A stretch of 63,759 bases of DNA, filler included, from Octopus bimaculoides (taxonomy: Eukaryota), in assembly GCF_001194135.2 (NCBI RefSeq). It is 8 parts of 8 records of this genome, joined end to end, with 100 filler letters (N's around TTAATTAATTAA, not from the genome) between each part and the next. Parts side by side here need not be neighbours in the genome. Positions count along the whole stretch, not along the records: positions 12,335 to 20,449 come from NC_068991.1; positions 20,550 to 25,185 come from NC_069010.1; positions 25,286 to 42,698 come from NC_068990.1; 5 more parts are not named here. The stretch is one strand, 5' to 3'. The translations under genes and the position numbers were made by a program. Shown here piece by piece: positions 12,727 through 25,790 of the stretch (position 1 is its first letter; every line of letters begins with the position of its first letter). The notes under the pieces are model-generated. The model did no database searches and was not told where the DNA came from. It saw nothing but the letters and a program-made list of their open reading frames with translations.

Positions 12727-13127
12727 CTTTTATCCTTCTATTTGTTTCAGTCTTTAGACAGAAGAAATTTTAGCCAAATAAATCGACTCTAGTACTTTTC
12801 TTTTTAAGCCAGGTACATTTTTATTTGGTCTCTTTTGCCGAGCTACTAAATTACGAGGACGTAAACACACCAACACCGGTTTTCAAGCGGTGGTGGGATG
12901 AAACACAGACACAAAGAAACACACACTCATATAGCCACACACACACACTCACACACACAAACACAGCGCGCGTGCACATACACACACAATTATATATATA
13001 TATATATATATATATACATAGGACGGTCTTCTTTCAGTTCCCATTTACCAAATCCACTCTGGAGGCTTTGGTCAACCCGAGGCTATAGTCAAAGACACCT
13101 GCCTAAGACGCCACGCAGCGGGACTGA
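12727..13127 (-). mobile_element. Composite SINE (tRNA/CORE-like head + microsatellite + GGTGTGTTTACGTCC tail)
   Basis: Head matches 28446-28590 and tail matches 22990-23200, both on the minus strand, separated by (CA)/(TA)n. Confidence 0.6.
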
Positions 13128-13646
13128 ACATGGAGTGTATTTATACTGTTTCTACAAAATATAGCAGCAACTTACCTTCAAATCACTCTACTGGATTAAA
13201 ACTAAAAGACGTATTAGAGAGATAATTACAGCCAGATTACTTTTGGCTTAGTTCTCTTCTGTCAGACTTCATTAGGATTTAAACAGCAATAAGCTGTAAA
13301 AGAACATTAAGAGCTTCCAGTCAGAGTAGATAGTATTCTCCATTGTCTGTATCAAGTGGCAGCTGCCTGAAAACATCAACGAGAGATTCGACCATGAATG
13401 GTTGGATAGCGTAGTAGAAAAGAGAAATAATAAAGACAGCAAACAATACACAATGGTATTGTGGAAAAGGTTTGCTTTGCTAGACGTAACAAAGCATGAA
13501 GGGCAGTGCATGGTAGACAAGTCAATGTATTTTACACGTCTCAAAACAGCTTATACGACTGACTACACTTGACCAAGAAAACTCCCTTTTAGAGAAAATA
13601 CAATAAACCTAATACATACACACACACGCACACACACACACACATA

Positions 13647-13733
<87 letters not shown>

Positions 13734-13781
13734 GTTCAGGACGAGAATTCCAAAAGTAAACACAACAAAAACACTGGGGTA

Positions 13782-14644
13782 TACGAAGTGGTGTCAAAAA
13801 GTTTAATAAAAAATAACTCATTTACCTAAGTTTTAACATCATCTTCTTCGAAATAGTCACCTTGCACAGCAATACACCGGTCCCAGCATTCCTGGTACTT
13901 TTGGAATCCGGCCTGAAAGTCGTTTTCTCTAAGCGAGTCGAGGACCTTCTGCAATTTGCTCTTAATCTCGACAACAGTGTTAAAGCGGTGACCTTTGAGC
14001 TGCATTTTCATCTTGGGGAAGAGATGGAAGTTCCCAAGTGCTAAATTTGGTGAATAAGGTAGGTGCAGAAGTGATACCATGTTGTTCTTGGCAAGAAGCT
14101 CACGAGTGAAGATAGCTCGGTGACAGGGTGCATCGTCGTCATAAAGAATCCAATTCTTCGCCCTCCACAGATCGGGTCGCTTTCGCCGAATGTCCTCCCT
14201 CAAACACTTCAAAATGTCATCGATTGTCCTCCGACAATCCTCATGCATAAGTTGATGAATATTTTCAACATTTCTGGCGATGATGCTTGTGGTAGGTCTT
14301 CCAGATCGCTCATCGTATTCCGGGGACGTTCTTCCGCTTTTAAAGCGCCCATGCCACTCGAAACATTACTTCGTCGCCGTTAGTTTGTCGAAGCATGCTC
14401 AATATCTCTGAATTAGGCATCCCAAGTTTAACGCAAAATTTCACGTTGGTTCTTTGTTCCAACTTTCCGTCCATGACAAAAATTGAAGAATACAGCATAC
14501 ACGTGATCACAAAAACACAAATTTCACAACTTGCGAATTGAACACAGCGATGTCACTCTTCATGAAGATCACTACTAGCGCTCACTGCTGCCATTTGTTG
14601 ACGCACTACAGAACTAGTCCGAGAACTTTTTGATACCACTTACA
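13782..14644 (-). mobile_element. Internally deleted mariner transposon
   Basis: ORF 13826-14248 carries WILYDDDAPCH, HLPYSPNLALGNFHLFPKMK and WDRCIAVQGDYFE. The N-terminus MDGKLEQRTNVKFCVKLG lies upstream. EDCRRTIDDI is fused directly to LKCLREDIRR, indicating a central deletion. TIRs AAGTGGTGTCAAAAAGTT and AACTTTTTGATACCACTT. Confidence 0.92.
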
Positions 14645-15305
14645 GTTGTGATGATGGTCAGTGCCCCAGCTGATGTAAATATCTCTCAAAGTTGTATACA
14701 AAGCAAATAAAAATAATATGTATGTGTGTGTGTGTGTATACATCATGTCTTGTATGAGTGTGTGTGGAATTGATCGTGGACATTATGCCAAGTATACGGC
14801 CACATTCATGCACGTTTTCCCCCTATTACAGAGCTATGAGGGAAAATATTTATATTGGGGATTGTATAAAGAAGAGTTCCAACTTGTGTCAATCAATCAG
14901 TAGGGCAACAGACACCCGGAAAACCTTTCAGAAGTTTCCTATTTCAGCCCACTGCTGCTACACACACACACGCACGCACGCACGCACACACACACACACA
15001 ATCACTCACATATATATACATGAGAGCAAATCTTCCTCAGATCACACAAACTACCGTTTAGGAAGTGGGAGATTACGTTAAAGAATATAGACTTTCATAT
15101 CATGAAAACAGTTAAGTATATCAACGTATACGCGCGCGCGCGCACATACACACTCACTCATTCACACACATATATACACACATATATACACACATATAAA
15201 CGTATTTATATATATGTAGATATACAAATGTCTATATATTTCTAGCCTTGTGAGTGTATTTGATAGATGGAAACTGAAAGAAGCCCGTTTTATATATATC
15301 TGTGC

Positions 15306-15352
<47 letters not shown>

Positions 15353-15362
15353 NNNNNNNNNN

Positions 15363-15406
<44 letters not shown>

Positions 15407-16339
15407 GTGTCTGTGTGATCTGTAAGATATACCTGTTTTTACAGATAAAATTGAAGACATACGCTTTTATAATAACCATACACCTATCCCCTCGTTTTAA
15501 AAACTAGACAAAATGACTTCAACGTTCGCTGGGCGAAAAACTGTAATCGATCTTAACCAATTTCTTTATTTGTTAGGCACTCATCAGAGAAATAATACCT
15601 ACCATGTAACTACAGAGAGATTACTATTTATGGGTATTTATAATGTATACCACCAAGGACTCAGCCAAAATAAGTAGCATAACGGCATATGAGCTGATGG
15701 GTTCATTGATAATAGTCTATAAACATGTTTGTACCTTCATACTCTATGATATATAGAGTAGTTATAATATAAAGAGTAGTTAATATTGTTAAAGAACTTA
15801 TTCAGTTTCTCGTTATGTGCAATTGTTTCGTCGCTTGAAACCCTGAGTAGCAATGGACTGAATCATCAAGTTAGATACGTGTGTGTGTTTGTGTGTATAT
15901 GTATAGATGTGTGAACGGATGAATAAACGGATAGCGCGAAAGGAGAGAGGAGAAAGAAAGAGTGCAAGAAAAAGGTAGAAAGGGGCGCAGGATGAGTGGG
16001 GAAGCAAATATTGGCAAGACAGCTGCCAAGTTAAATTCTTGTTGATGTCAGGTGGAAGTAGAAATTGGAGGGGAAACTTTGGAAAAATGACCCAAGATAT
16101 GTCTGCCATTATATCCCTTTCCACTTAAAGTATGGCGAGTTTCTAGTAATTTCTCTAAGAACTTGACCTGGCTATCGAATGTCCTTGCTGTATGAGTTTC
16201 TGGTTAGACTCTTGGGAATATTAATTCACATGGAATCAACTGAAGACATGTTGCTTTCTTTCTTTTTTCTTTTCTATTTTTTCTTTTTTATAGTTGTTGA
16301 GGTTTTTTATTTAGTTTTTAAAATAGATTGACTTCTATT

Positions 16340-16770
16340 TCGAAGTATTACTCCACCAAATTTCAGTACCACCATTAACACCGCCAAATCTTTAATACCA
16401 ATTCCTCTAGCACCACAATCACCACCAACAGCACCAACACCACCAACACCACCAACTACCACTACCATTACACCTGCCGCTACTACTACTATTACTACCG
16501 CCATCAATATTACCTCCACCAATATCACAATCACCCTCATTTCCACTGCCAGCACCATTAATGTTGCCACCAGCAATACCACTACCATCACCAATTCTAA
16601 ACCAGTATACCATCATAACCACTACATTATAAAACAACTACACCAATCAATACTGCTGCACAATTATTACTACTATCACCGTTACCACCATCTCCACCAT
16701 TACAACTACAAAATATCCAATACTATTACTTGTCGTCACTATGGCTAACACCACCACGACCACCATACCT
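16340..16770. repeat. Degenerate (ACC/ACT)n trinucleotide low-complexity tract
   Basis: Visible CAC/TAC/CAT periodicity; yields Val/Gly-rich spurious ORFs. Confidence 0.85.
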
Positions 16771-16911
16771 ACGCACGTACTACATACGCATACATACATA
16801 CACATATACATACACATCTGTATGCATACATGTGCATTCTTTCATATGCACATACACACATACGTACATAGAGATAGACCTATGTACATATACATGGCAA
16901 CATATATATAT

Positions 16912-16942
<31 letters not shown>

Positions 16943-18145
16943 NNNNNNNNNNNNNNNNNNNNNNNNNNNNNNNNNNNNNNNNNNNNNNNATATATATACA
17001 TATATATTCGCACACACATATGCATCCCCCGTATTAATATATTTGTTTAGAAAACAAGATTAACGGACAAACTCTCGATAGACCGACCGACAGACAGGCC
17101 GAGTGACAAACGGGTCGTCGGTGAAAACATTGGGATATTTCCGTTGGTCACTCTGCTTTAGCGATCTATAATCGTCGGTCAGTTGTCCAGATTTTATTTA
17201 ATCACCATTATATACTATCGCATTGTTGGCCAGCATTGACAGAATAATGAAAGTGGCGGCGGCGGAGAGAAACTGATGGGTGAAGAGGAGAAAAAGGAGG
17301 ACAGGAAGAGAAGGAAAAGAAAAGAGTGGGGGAGAAAACAGTTAAGAGATCAGGAGATAAAGTAATGATGGTGTCTAGAAGATGATGAATATATTCTTAA
17401 CATACTCCTCTGGTATGAAACGTTTCACACCATCTAAATGTCAACTTCTTTTTACGTTTTATTGGTAGCCATCTTTTCAGCTATAGCATTTTGTGGTCAA
17501 GAATTGAATTGAATTAAAGAGTTACTCTGCACAAAGTTAATCTTTCCAGGTCTTTGATTAGGGGTTACTTGGTAAAAACGAGTCCCATGGGATTCTTAGC
17601 TCACGTGAACAGGATACACACAAAACCAATATGGTCACTTAGAGGTCATCACTTGATGTAAGGTCTTTTAGAACATTCATTGATTTTCTCTCTCTCCCGC
17701 CTTCTCTCTCTTTCCCTCTCTCTCACACACACACACGCACAAATACGCACGCGCGCACATGTGCTCAACTGCAAGCACTCTGCCACTTTCCTTTCCCTGT
17801 GGTTGTTAAAATAAATGATAGTAATGAAAACTGCAACAGCAACATCATCATGGGCATGAATTACAGTTGTTGACACCTAGTGAATATCTTTTGGAAATTC
17901 TAGTGTGAACCAAAGACAAGGAATTGAAGGAGCATCCACAGGGCCACATAGGCAGCAAAGAATATCAACCAAATCTGAAGAAGCTCGTCCGGTGAATTTT
18001 ACCTTTGGTACAGCCTTGTCACCTGCAGTTTCTGCTTCTGAGAATTGCGTTAAGGATACATGCGCTTTGGAATATTCAACCATTTACACATTCGTTCAAT
18101 TTACTTGATGGAACAAGTGAAACCTCATCACCAACCCAGTGGAGA

Positions 18146-18194
<49 letters not shown>

Positions 18195-18908
18195 GTATGT
18201 GTGTGTACAGTCCATAGATTCTCCGTATAGAAAATACCAGCGCTCAAATGATTTGAACTTATACTTAAGTAGTCATCTTCTGAAAGTTTTCAGTGTTTGC
18301 TTTTTTTGTTTTGGTTTGCATGTATGTATATATATATATGCCATGATTAATCGCTGACCAAACATCATTCAATTTTTTTTCTCCGTGTTTTTCTCCTTGT
18401 TTTCTCCGTNNNNNNNNNNNNNNNNNNNNNNNNNNNNNNNNNNNNNNNNNNNNNNNNNNNNNNNNNNNNNNNNNNNNNNNNNNNNNNNNNNNNNNNNNNN
18501 NNNNNNNNNNNNNNNNNNNNNNNNNNNNNNNNNNNNNNNNNNNNNNNNNNNNNNNNNNNNNNNNNNNNNNNNNNNNNNNNNNNNNNNNNNNNNNNNNNNN
18601 NNNNNNNNNNNNNNNNNNNNNNNNNNNNNNNNNNNNNNNNNNNNNNNNNNNNNNNNNNNNNNNNNNNNNNNNNNNNNNNNNNNNNNNNNNNNNNNNNNNN
18701 NNNNNNNNNNNNNNNNNNNNNNNNNNNNNNNNNNNNNNNNNNNNNNNNNNNNNNNNNNNNNNNNNNNNNNNNNNNNNNNNNNNNNNNNNNNNNNNNNNNN
18801 NNNNNNNNNNNNNNNNNNNNNNNNNNNNNNNNNNNNNNNNNNNNNNNNNNNNNNNNNNNNNNNNNNNNNNNNNNNNNNNNNNNNNNNNNNNNNNNNNNNN
18901 NNNNNNNN

Positions 18909-18941
<33 letters not shown>

Positions 18942-19107
18942 AGTAAAGTTTATTTGCCAACATAATGTGACAGTCCTATACAAAGACGATGTTATTGTTT
19001 TTAAACCCCAGGAAAACGTCTTTTCCAGTTGGCTACCGACACACAGTTTGTGCCTATATAGCATATGCAAGGGAGATAATCACTTCCATCTTTAGCCTTA
19101 CGTGATA

Positions 19108-19152
19108 CTCACAGACCTAGGTTTCTGGGTAGTTACCCGTCCTCAGTGTGAG
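19108..19152 (-). ncRNA. Minimal type I hammerhead ribozyme, near-canonical
   Basis: Minus strand reads CTCACA-CTGAGGA-C-GGGTA-AC-TACCC-A-GAA-ACCTAGGT-C-TGTGAG: perfect 6-bp stem I, palindromic stem III, GUC triplet. The only defect is a C.A mismatch at 10.1/11.1. Confidence 0.85.
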
Positions 19153-19535
19153 ACAGTCACTGGCTAGTGATGGGACTCTCTCCACTTGCAAATACTATAT
19201 ATTGTTAAGCGACACACAGCCGCTGATCTCATAAAGAGAAAAACAACTTATTTTAAATCTCTGAGCGTGAGATATGCTCAGAATAGTAAAGTTTATTAGC
19301 CAACTTAAAAAGATGCATTCCTGGGGCTAAAAAGTAGTAACATCGTCCTTATATAGGTCTGCCACATTATGTTGGCAAATAAACTTTAATTTTCGATAGG
19401 GTTGCTAGAAATCTCTCGCTCAGAGAATTAAAACAAGTTGTCTTTCTCTTTACAAGATCAGCGATTGTGTGTCGCTTAAAAATATATATATAATATTTGC
19501 AAGTGGAGTGTGCCCTATCACTAACCGCTGATTGT

Positions 19536-19577
19536 CTCACACTGAGGACGTGCAACTACCGAAAAACCTAGGTCTGT
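19536..19577 (+). ncRNA. Degenerate hammerhead ribozyme copy
   Basis: CTCACA-CTGAGGA-CGTGCAACTACC-GAAAAACCTAGGT-C-TGT: two extra As, and damaged stems I and II. Confidence 0.55.
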
Positions 19578-19802
19578 ATCACGTAAGGCTAGAGATGGGA
19601 ACGATGACCTCCCTTGCATATACTATATGGGCACAAAATGTGTGTCGGTAGCCAACTGGAAAAGATGTTTTCCTGGGGCTAAAAACAGTAAACATCGCCC
19701 TTGTATAGGACTGCCACATTATGTTGGCAAATAAACTTTATTATTCCGTACTGTTACTGCATATCTCTCGCTCAGAGATTTAAAACAAGCTGTTTTTCTC
19801 TT

Positions 19803-19872
<70 letters not shown>

Positions 19873-19959
19873 CATATATGAGCATGTGTGTATGTGTGTA
19901 CATATATACATATATATGTATTACATATATACACATATATAAGTGTACAGGAGCACACT

Positions 19960-20195
19960 TGGCCCTTCCTGAGCCATAAGGACTCATAAGACCGGTTTCC
20001 TAGATTCTGTGATGTATATAGTTTCACAGTGGACTGGACGTCGATCTGTCGCAGGATTAGTCATTTTTGCCAGCTGAGTGGATTGGAGCAACGTGGTGTT
20101 TTGCTCAAGAACGCAACATATTGCTCGGTCCAGAATCGAAGCCACAATCTTATGATCATGAGCGCAACACCTTAACCATTTAGCTACGCGCCATC
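19960..20195 (-). mobile_element. tRNA-derived SINE (CTTGAGCAA domain family)
   Basis: Head GCGTAGCTAAATGG...GGCTTCGATTC on the minus strand. Central GTTCTTGAGCAAAA is shared with other copies. Confidence 0.7.
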
Positions 20196-20380
20196 ACGCA
20201 TGTACACATTCGCATGAACATTTATACGTACGTATGTACACATTGCAGAAGCAAATATCTTTCAAGGTTGTACTCAATATACTTTACATAAGCCAACTGT
20301 AGAGTTAATATGCATTTATTTATATAAATAATCACACAACAACCGTTTGGTTGAAACGGCTATAGCGTGACCGGTTATAT

Positions 20381-20449
<69 letters not shown>

Positions 20450-20809
20450 NNNNNNNNNNNNNNNNNNNNNNNNNNNNNNNNNNNNNNNNNNNNTTAATTA
20501 ATTAANNNNNNNNNNNNNNNNNNNNNNNNNNNNNNNNNNNNNNNNNNNNTTTTTTTTTTTTTTTTTTTTGCAGCTCCCTGGCACATGTGCCCCTGTTGCG
20601 CTTGGTAATGCCCGCCGTATCGTATCGTTAGGACAGGCAGCAGACACGTTAAATAGACCAATTGCGATTGCAGTAACATAGCAAAGCTGTTTATTTGAAT
20701 GCTTCGTAATCTGTTAAAGGCATCGACCTACCTGCTTGCCTATCTACCTAACGAAAGATACCTACCCGCATACCTCTACGCATGCTTTTTACTCTTCTTT
20801 CTGTTTTTT

Positions 20810-20844
<35 letters not shown>

Positions 20845-21225
20845 ATTTCCATTTTTTTCTCATTTATTTATACGATTTTTTTTTTATCTTGGCTGATAGA
20901 TACAAGGGTACATATGAGTACATGGATGAAAAAGAATAAAAACAAAAAAACAAAATGCGGGTACATATTTTGAATACGTGGCATATCTTCTATGATAATC
21001 ATCGCATTGAAGATGCATATGTGATATGCAGAAGATAAGAGTGCATACATGTTTACATTTTTAACACGAAAACTATTAGGTAATTAGCGAAACTACATGC
21101 ATACATAAACACATTATACAGACTTACGTCCATATCTAATCTTAATATAATATACGGCTGGTTGTACGAGTATAAATATGTGTGTGCGTGTGTTTGTGTG
21201 ATATCTATCTACCTACCTATCTAGC

Positions 21226-21258
<33 letters not shown>

Positions 21259-22337
21259 GAATGTGTACTAATATATGTGCATAGATGAATATATATGGGT
21301 GTGTACGAATATACATGCTTAGATGAATGTGTGTCTGCATATGTGTGGGGTGTGTGTGTTTTGTGTGTGTGTATGGATGAATAGATAAAATAATTAGGCA
21401 TACATCTGCTTGCAAATTCTTACTTACAATCACTTTCCGAGCACAGCAACCCCGCCCCCTAATAATAAATCTACATAAATTAAAATTCGGCAAATATACA
21501 CGGTTTGATAGATTACATATCATACATGAACGAACACGCGGCCTCACGCTTTCATACAAATTCGTCTCCCCCTTCTCTCTCTCTCTCTCTCTTTGTCTCT
21601 GTCTCTCTCTCTCTCACGCACACCCACACTCAGTTTCGAACTCATACACATGCAAAATAGACTCTACAGAATTTTAAAAGAAGGATGATGAACACGTTAA
21701 ATAGGGGACAATTATGAATATCAGGATATACGATATAAACTTGATCAGGATTCTAAGCAACACGTCCTTAATTTCGGGGAGATGTTAACGAAACGATAGC
21801 CCTATCTATTTATCATAAATATTCAAGCACTTTTACACAACACAAACAGAAAGTAACATCTCACACACATATGATCATAGAAATCTCCCGTGAACGTTTT
21901 TATACATATGGATGTGTGTGTGCTTGTGTGTGTGTCGTCTGCCTATCTAATCAAACTTCTAAGCTATTTATCTGGCAAGCTTGTAGCATAAATAGCTACG
22001 AACCAGATTGTTATGCACACCTTCCACGTATATAAGCATATAATTTCATGTATGTAATCATATTTATTGATTCATACGTGTACTACACTCTCTCACATGC
22101 ACAAATGCAGGCTACAGTATACGAACTGCTCTTCTTTCGTCGACTCCACATCGTAATTCTCATCTTTCTCCTTATCTTCCCAAAATGTTCGCCTATTATC
22201 TATAATTCAATATTAAATTATATGTTACTTCATGTTAAATACGATTATCTTATATATAACTACCTTAAACTGATTGGTCAATATTTTATTTTGTTACAAG
22301 TATGATTGTAACTTAATATATTGTTATACAATTGAAT

Positions 22338-22440
22338 AGGGCAGCGAGTTTGGCAGAATCGTTAGCACGCTGGGCAAAATGCTTAGCGGTATTTCGTCCG
22401 TCTTTACGTTCTGAGTTCAACTCCCGCCGAGGTCCACTTT
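22338..22440 (+). mobile_element. SINE head fragment (GGCAGAATCGTTAGC family)
   Basis: GGCAGAATCGTTAGCACGCTGGGCAAAATGCTTAGCGGTATTTCG...GAGTTCAAC. Confidence 0.75.
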
Positions 22441-22479
22441 GCGGTTCTCTGTCTCCACATCTTATACAACTCATAGAGA

Positions 22480-22514
<35 letters not shown>

Positions 22515-22929
22515 CAAGAATTTATAATTTCGAGAGAATGTGAAATAATTCTGTTTTGGAATGACGTATGCCGAAGCAGATAAAGCTACATATATGTAAA
22601 TATTAAGTAAACAAAAAAAAAAGAACCTTTTGATAAAAAAAGTCGAAGACTACCCTTGTATTCATAGCNNNNNNNNNNNNNNNNNNNNNNNNNNNNNNNN
22701 NNNNNNNNNNNNNNNNNNNNNNNNNNNNNNNNNNNNNNNNNNNNNNNNNNNNNNNNNNNNNNNNNNNNNNNNNNNNNNNNNNNNNNNNNNNNNNNNNNNN
22801 NNNNNNNNNNNNNNNNNNNNNNNNNNNNNNNNNNNNNNNNNNNNNNNNNNNNNNNNNNNNNNNNNNNNNNNNNNNNNNNNNNNNNNNNNNNNNNNNNNNN
22901 NNNNNNNNNNNNNNNNNNNNNNNNNNNNN

Positions 22930-22976
<47 letters not shown>

Positions 22977-22989
22977 ATATGTTTGTGTG

Positions 22990-23200
22990 TATGTGTTTGT
23001 CTCCCCAACATTTCTTGACAACCGATGCTGGTGTGTTTACGTCCCCGTCACTTAGCGGTTCGGCAAAAATGACCGATAGAATAAGTACTAGGCTTACAAA
23101 GAATAAGTCCTGGGGTCGATTTGCTCGACTAAAGGCGGTGCTCCAGCATTGCCGCAGTCAAACGACTGAAACAAGTAAAAGAGTAAAAAGAGTGAGTAAG
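22990..23200 (+). mobile_element. SINE 3' tail module (GACAACCGATGCTGGTGTGTTTACGTCCCCG family)
   Basis: Near-identical to 25350-25550. Ends in AAGTAAAAGAG repeats. Confidence 0.8.
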
Positions 23201-23364
23201 TAAATGAGCACACGCACATCAACAGATGCACAAACAGATTGATAAGATAGTATATATAACATATCAAATAACACAAGCTTTCAGTATTAATGATCCACTA
23301 GTTAAACCGATAACAAATTTCATTACTAAAATTGTTTGGTTATGCTTGCTCGACACACCGATGC

Positions 23365-23754
23365 GTGGAGGCGCAATGGCCCAGTGGTTAGGGCAGCGGA
23401 CTCGCGGTCATAGGATCGCGGTTTCGATTCCCAGACCGGGCGTTGTGAGTGTTTTTTGAGCGAAAACACCTAAAGCTCCAAGAGGCTCCGACAGGGGATG
23501 GTGGCGAACCCTGCTGTACTCTTCCACCACAACTTTCTCTCACCCTTACTTCCTGTTTCTGTTGTGCCTGTAATTCAAAGGGTCAGCCTTGTCACACTGT
23601 GTCACGCTGAATATACCCGAGAACTACGTTAAGGGTACACGTGTCTGTGGAGTGTTCAGCCACTTTGCACGTTAATTTCACGAGCAGGCTGTTCCGTCGA
23701 TCGGATCAACTGGAACCCTCGTCGTCGTCGTAAGCGACGGAGTGCCAACAACAA
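23365..23754 (+). mobile_element. Young full-length tRNA-derived SINE with 14-bp target-site duplication
   Basis: A box TGGCCCAGTGG, B box GGTTTCGATTCCC, (CAA)n tail. Perfect TSD CGACACACCGATGC at 23351-23364 and 23755-23768. Confidence 0.92.
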
Positions 23755-24447
23755 CGACACACCGATGCTGCCATACAAACGAAGCAGCTAACAAAAGTGT
23801 CGAAACCGCCATAAATGAATTTTAATTAGGCAATGAGTGAAAGTTTTATATTTTCGAAAGAATTTCCGCCGCCAAATTATGGCATTTTGGCATGGAACTG
23901 ATGTTAGTGTTATACAATGGAACATATTTTACATTTTCATGATATTTTAATATATCTACCTCTCAACAGATAACGGTTTTATGGGAGATTTTTTTTATAA
24001 GAATTTAAACCTTTTGTTTTGTTTTGTTTTTTGTTTGCCAGAGTTTCATTGTGATAATTGGTCTTACAATAAATATATTTATATGCAGAAGTTAGTAACA
24101 ATGCATCTATATATCTATGTATGCATATCTACGTAAATATCTTACAAGCATATTTGTATGTGCTGACTTTGGAAGTGAGCTTGTGTGCACATACACACAC
24201 ATACACACACATACGCACAAAAGCTGTAATTTCCTGTTTGTTTCTCTCTCTCACACACACAAAAACACACACTTGCAAATACACACACTAATGAGCGTGA
24301 CGTGTTCCAGAATATAGCAATATGGCTATAAAACGTTTTGGGGGTGATTTTACGAAACCTACTATCGGGTATCCGAAGGGTAGTGAGCGAAGAAAGCGGT
24401 AATGATGTAAAGTCATGAAAATGTCAATGAACATATAGTTGTATCGT

Positions 24448-24493
<46 letters not shown>

Positions 24494-25290
24494 CATGAAT
24501 GATCTTGATAAATAGTTAATATTAGACTTTCAGTCATGTTGTGATATATTGTTTCAGTGTTGCAGCACATATTTACTAATGTGTCGACACTTGCTGAACA
24601 TTTCAGTTCATGAGATTTGTCTTGGTAACAGTGAACAATGATAATTCTGCAAAGCTTTGTACGCAAAGGCTTCCATTGCACCTTTTCTCGAGGAAGAGTG
24701 GAAATTAGAATTATTGAATTCAATTAATAAACACACTTGAAACATCGTTAGATTAAAATACCGACGTGCATATAACATTTTGTATAGAAAAAAATGTGAA
24801 AATTTTCAGAGGGATGTGAATTAAAGAAAGACGAAGAGCTTTGTCCAGAGTAGTTAGATCCTCATATGATGTAGTGTGGAGGAGATCAGACAAGCACAAT
24901 AGACCCCCACCCCTATATATGGAATTACTTTAAGGCAGGGATTCGCAACCATTTTTTTTATCTGTGGATCAATTTAGTTGTTATTTCATTCCTATTTTGT
25001 TGAACTATGTAAAATGTAAGCGAAAGAAGCACAGCTGTTTCTTTCAATATCTACAGTAATCCCTTGACATATTGCGGTTCGCCTATCGCGGTTTATTATT
25101 TAAGCTTACGCCGATTTCTCTAGGGTATTGTTTTGCATTTATAATAAGATAAATATATACAAATTATATATATATATATATATATNNNNNNNNNNNNNNN
25201 NNNNNNNNNNNNNNNNNNNNNNNNNNNNNTTAATTAATTAANNNNNNNNNNNNNNNNNNNNNNNNNNNNNNNNNNNNNNNNNNNNATATG

Positions 25291-25345
<55 letters not shown>

Positions 25346-25349
25346 GCGT

Positions 25350-25790
25350 CTGTGTTTGTCCTCGCCAACATCGCTTGACAACCGATGCTGGTGTGTTTAC
25401 GTCCCCGTCACTTAGCGGTTCGGCAAAAGGAGTCCGATATTATAAGTACTAGGCTTACAAAGAATAAGTCCTGGGGTCGATTTGCTCGACTAAAGGCGGT
25501 GCTCCAGCATGGCCGCAGTCAAATGACTCAGACAAGTAAAAGAGTAAAGAGTATATCACAGAAGTGGTTTTGATCAGGCTTTAAAAAAATTCTGGGTTCC
25601 ATAGAGTCATCTAAAAATTCTTCACGGTGGTGCCCCAACTTGGCCGGCCGCAGTCTAATAACTGCAACAAGTAAAAATGAAAAAAAAATTCTCGTATCGA
25701 TACGTTCAACAAAAAATTCTTCAAAGCGCTACTACAGCATGGCCACAATCTAATGACTGAAACAAGTAAAAGGCGAAAAAAAACCAAGAA
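25350..25790 (+). mobile_element. SINE 3' tail module with two further degenerate copies of its extreme 3' end
   Basis: GGCCGCAGTC...ACAAGTAAAA recurs at about 25510, 25645 and 25740. Confidence 0.7.

Larger units (their letters stand above)
18941..19803. mobile_element. ~350-bp HHR-containing repeat in inverted plus tandem arrangement (retrozyme-like or PLE pLTR-like)
   Basis: Minus arm ~18941-19305: TAAAGTTTATT(T/A)GCCAAC recurs at 18944 and 19287 (343 bp). Plus arm ~19306-19803: GTTGGCAAATAAACTTTA recurs at 19371 and 19723 (352 bp). Each full unit carries an HHR motif. Flanked by (TA)n and (TG)n. Confidence 0.8.

Noticed and set aside
19985-20000. GAAACCGGTC on the minus strand resembling an HHR 3' half
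   Set aside because: No upstream CUGANGA core; it is part of the SINE 3' tail.
23365-23440. Possible tRNA gene (also the heads at 45736-45838 and 63660-63735)
   Set aside because: The A/B boxes continue into SINE bodies with tails, and for 23365 a TSD. No complete cloverleaf could be supported.
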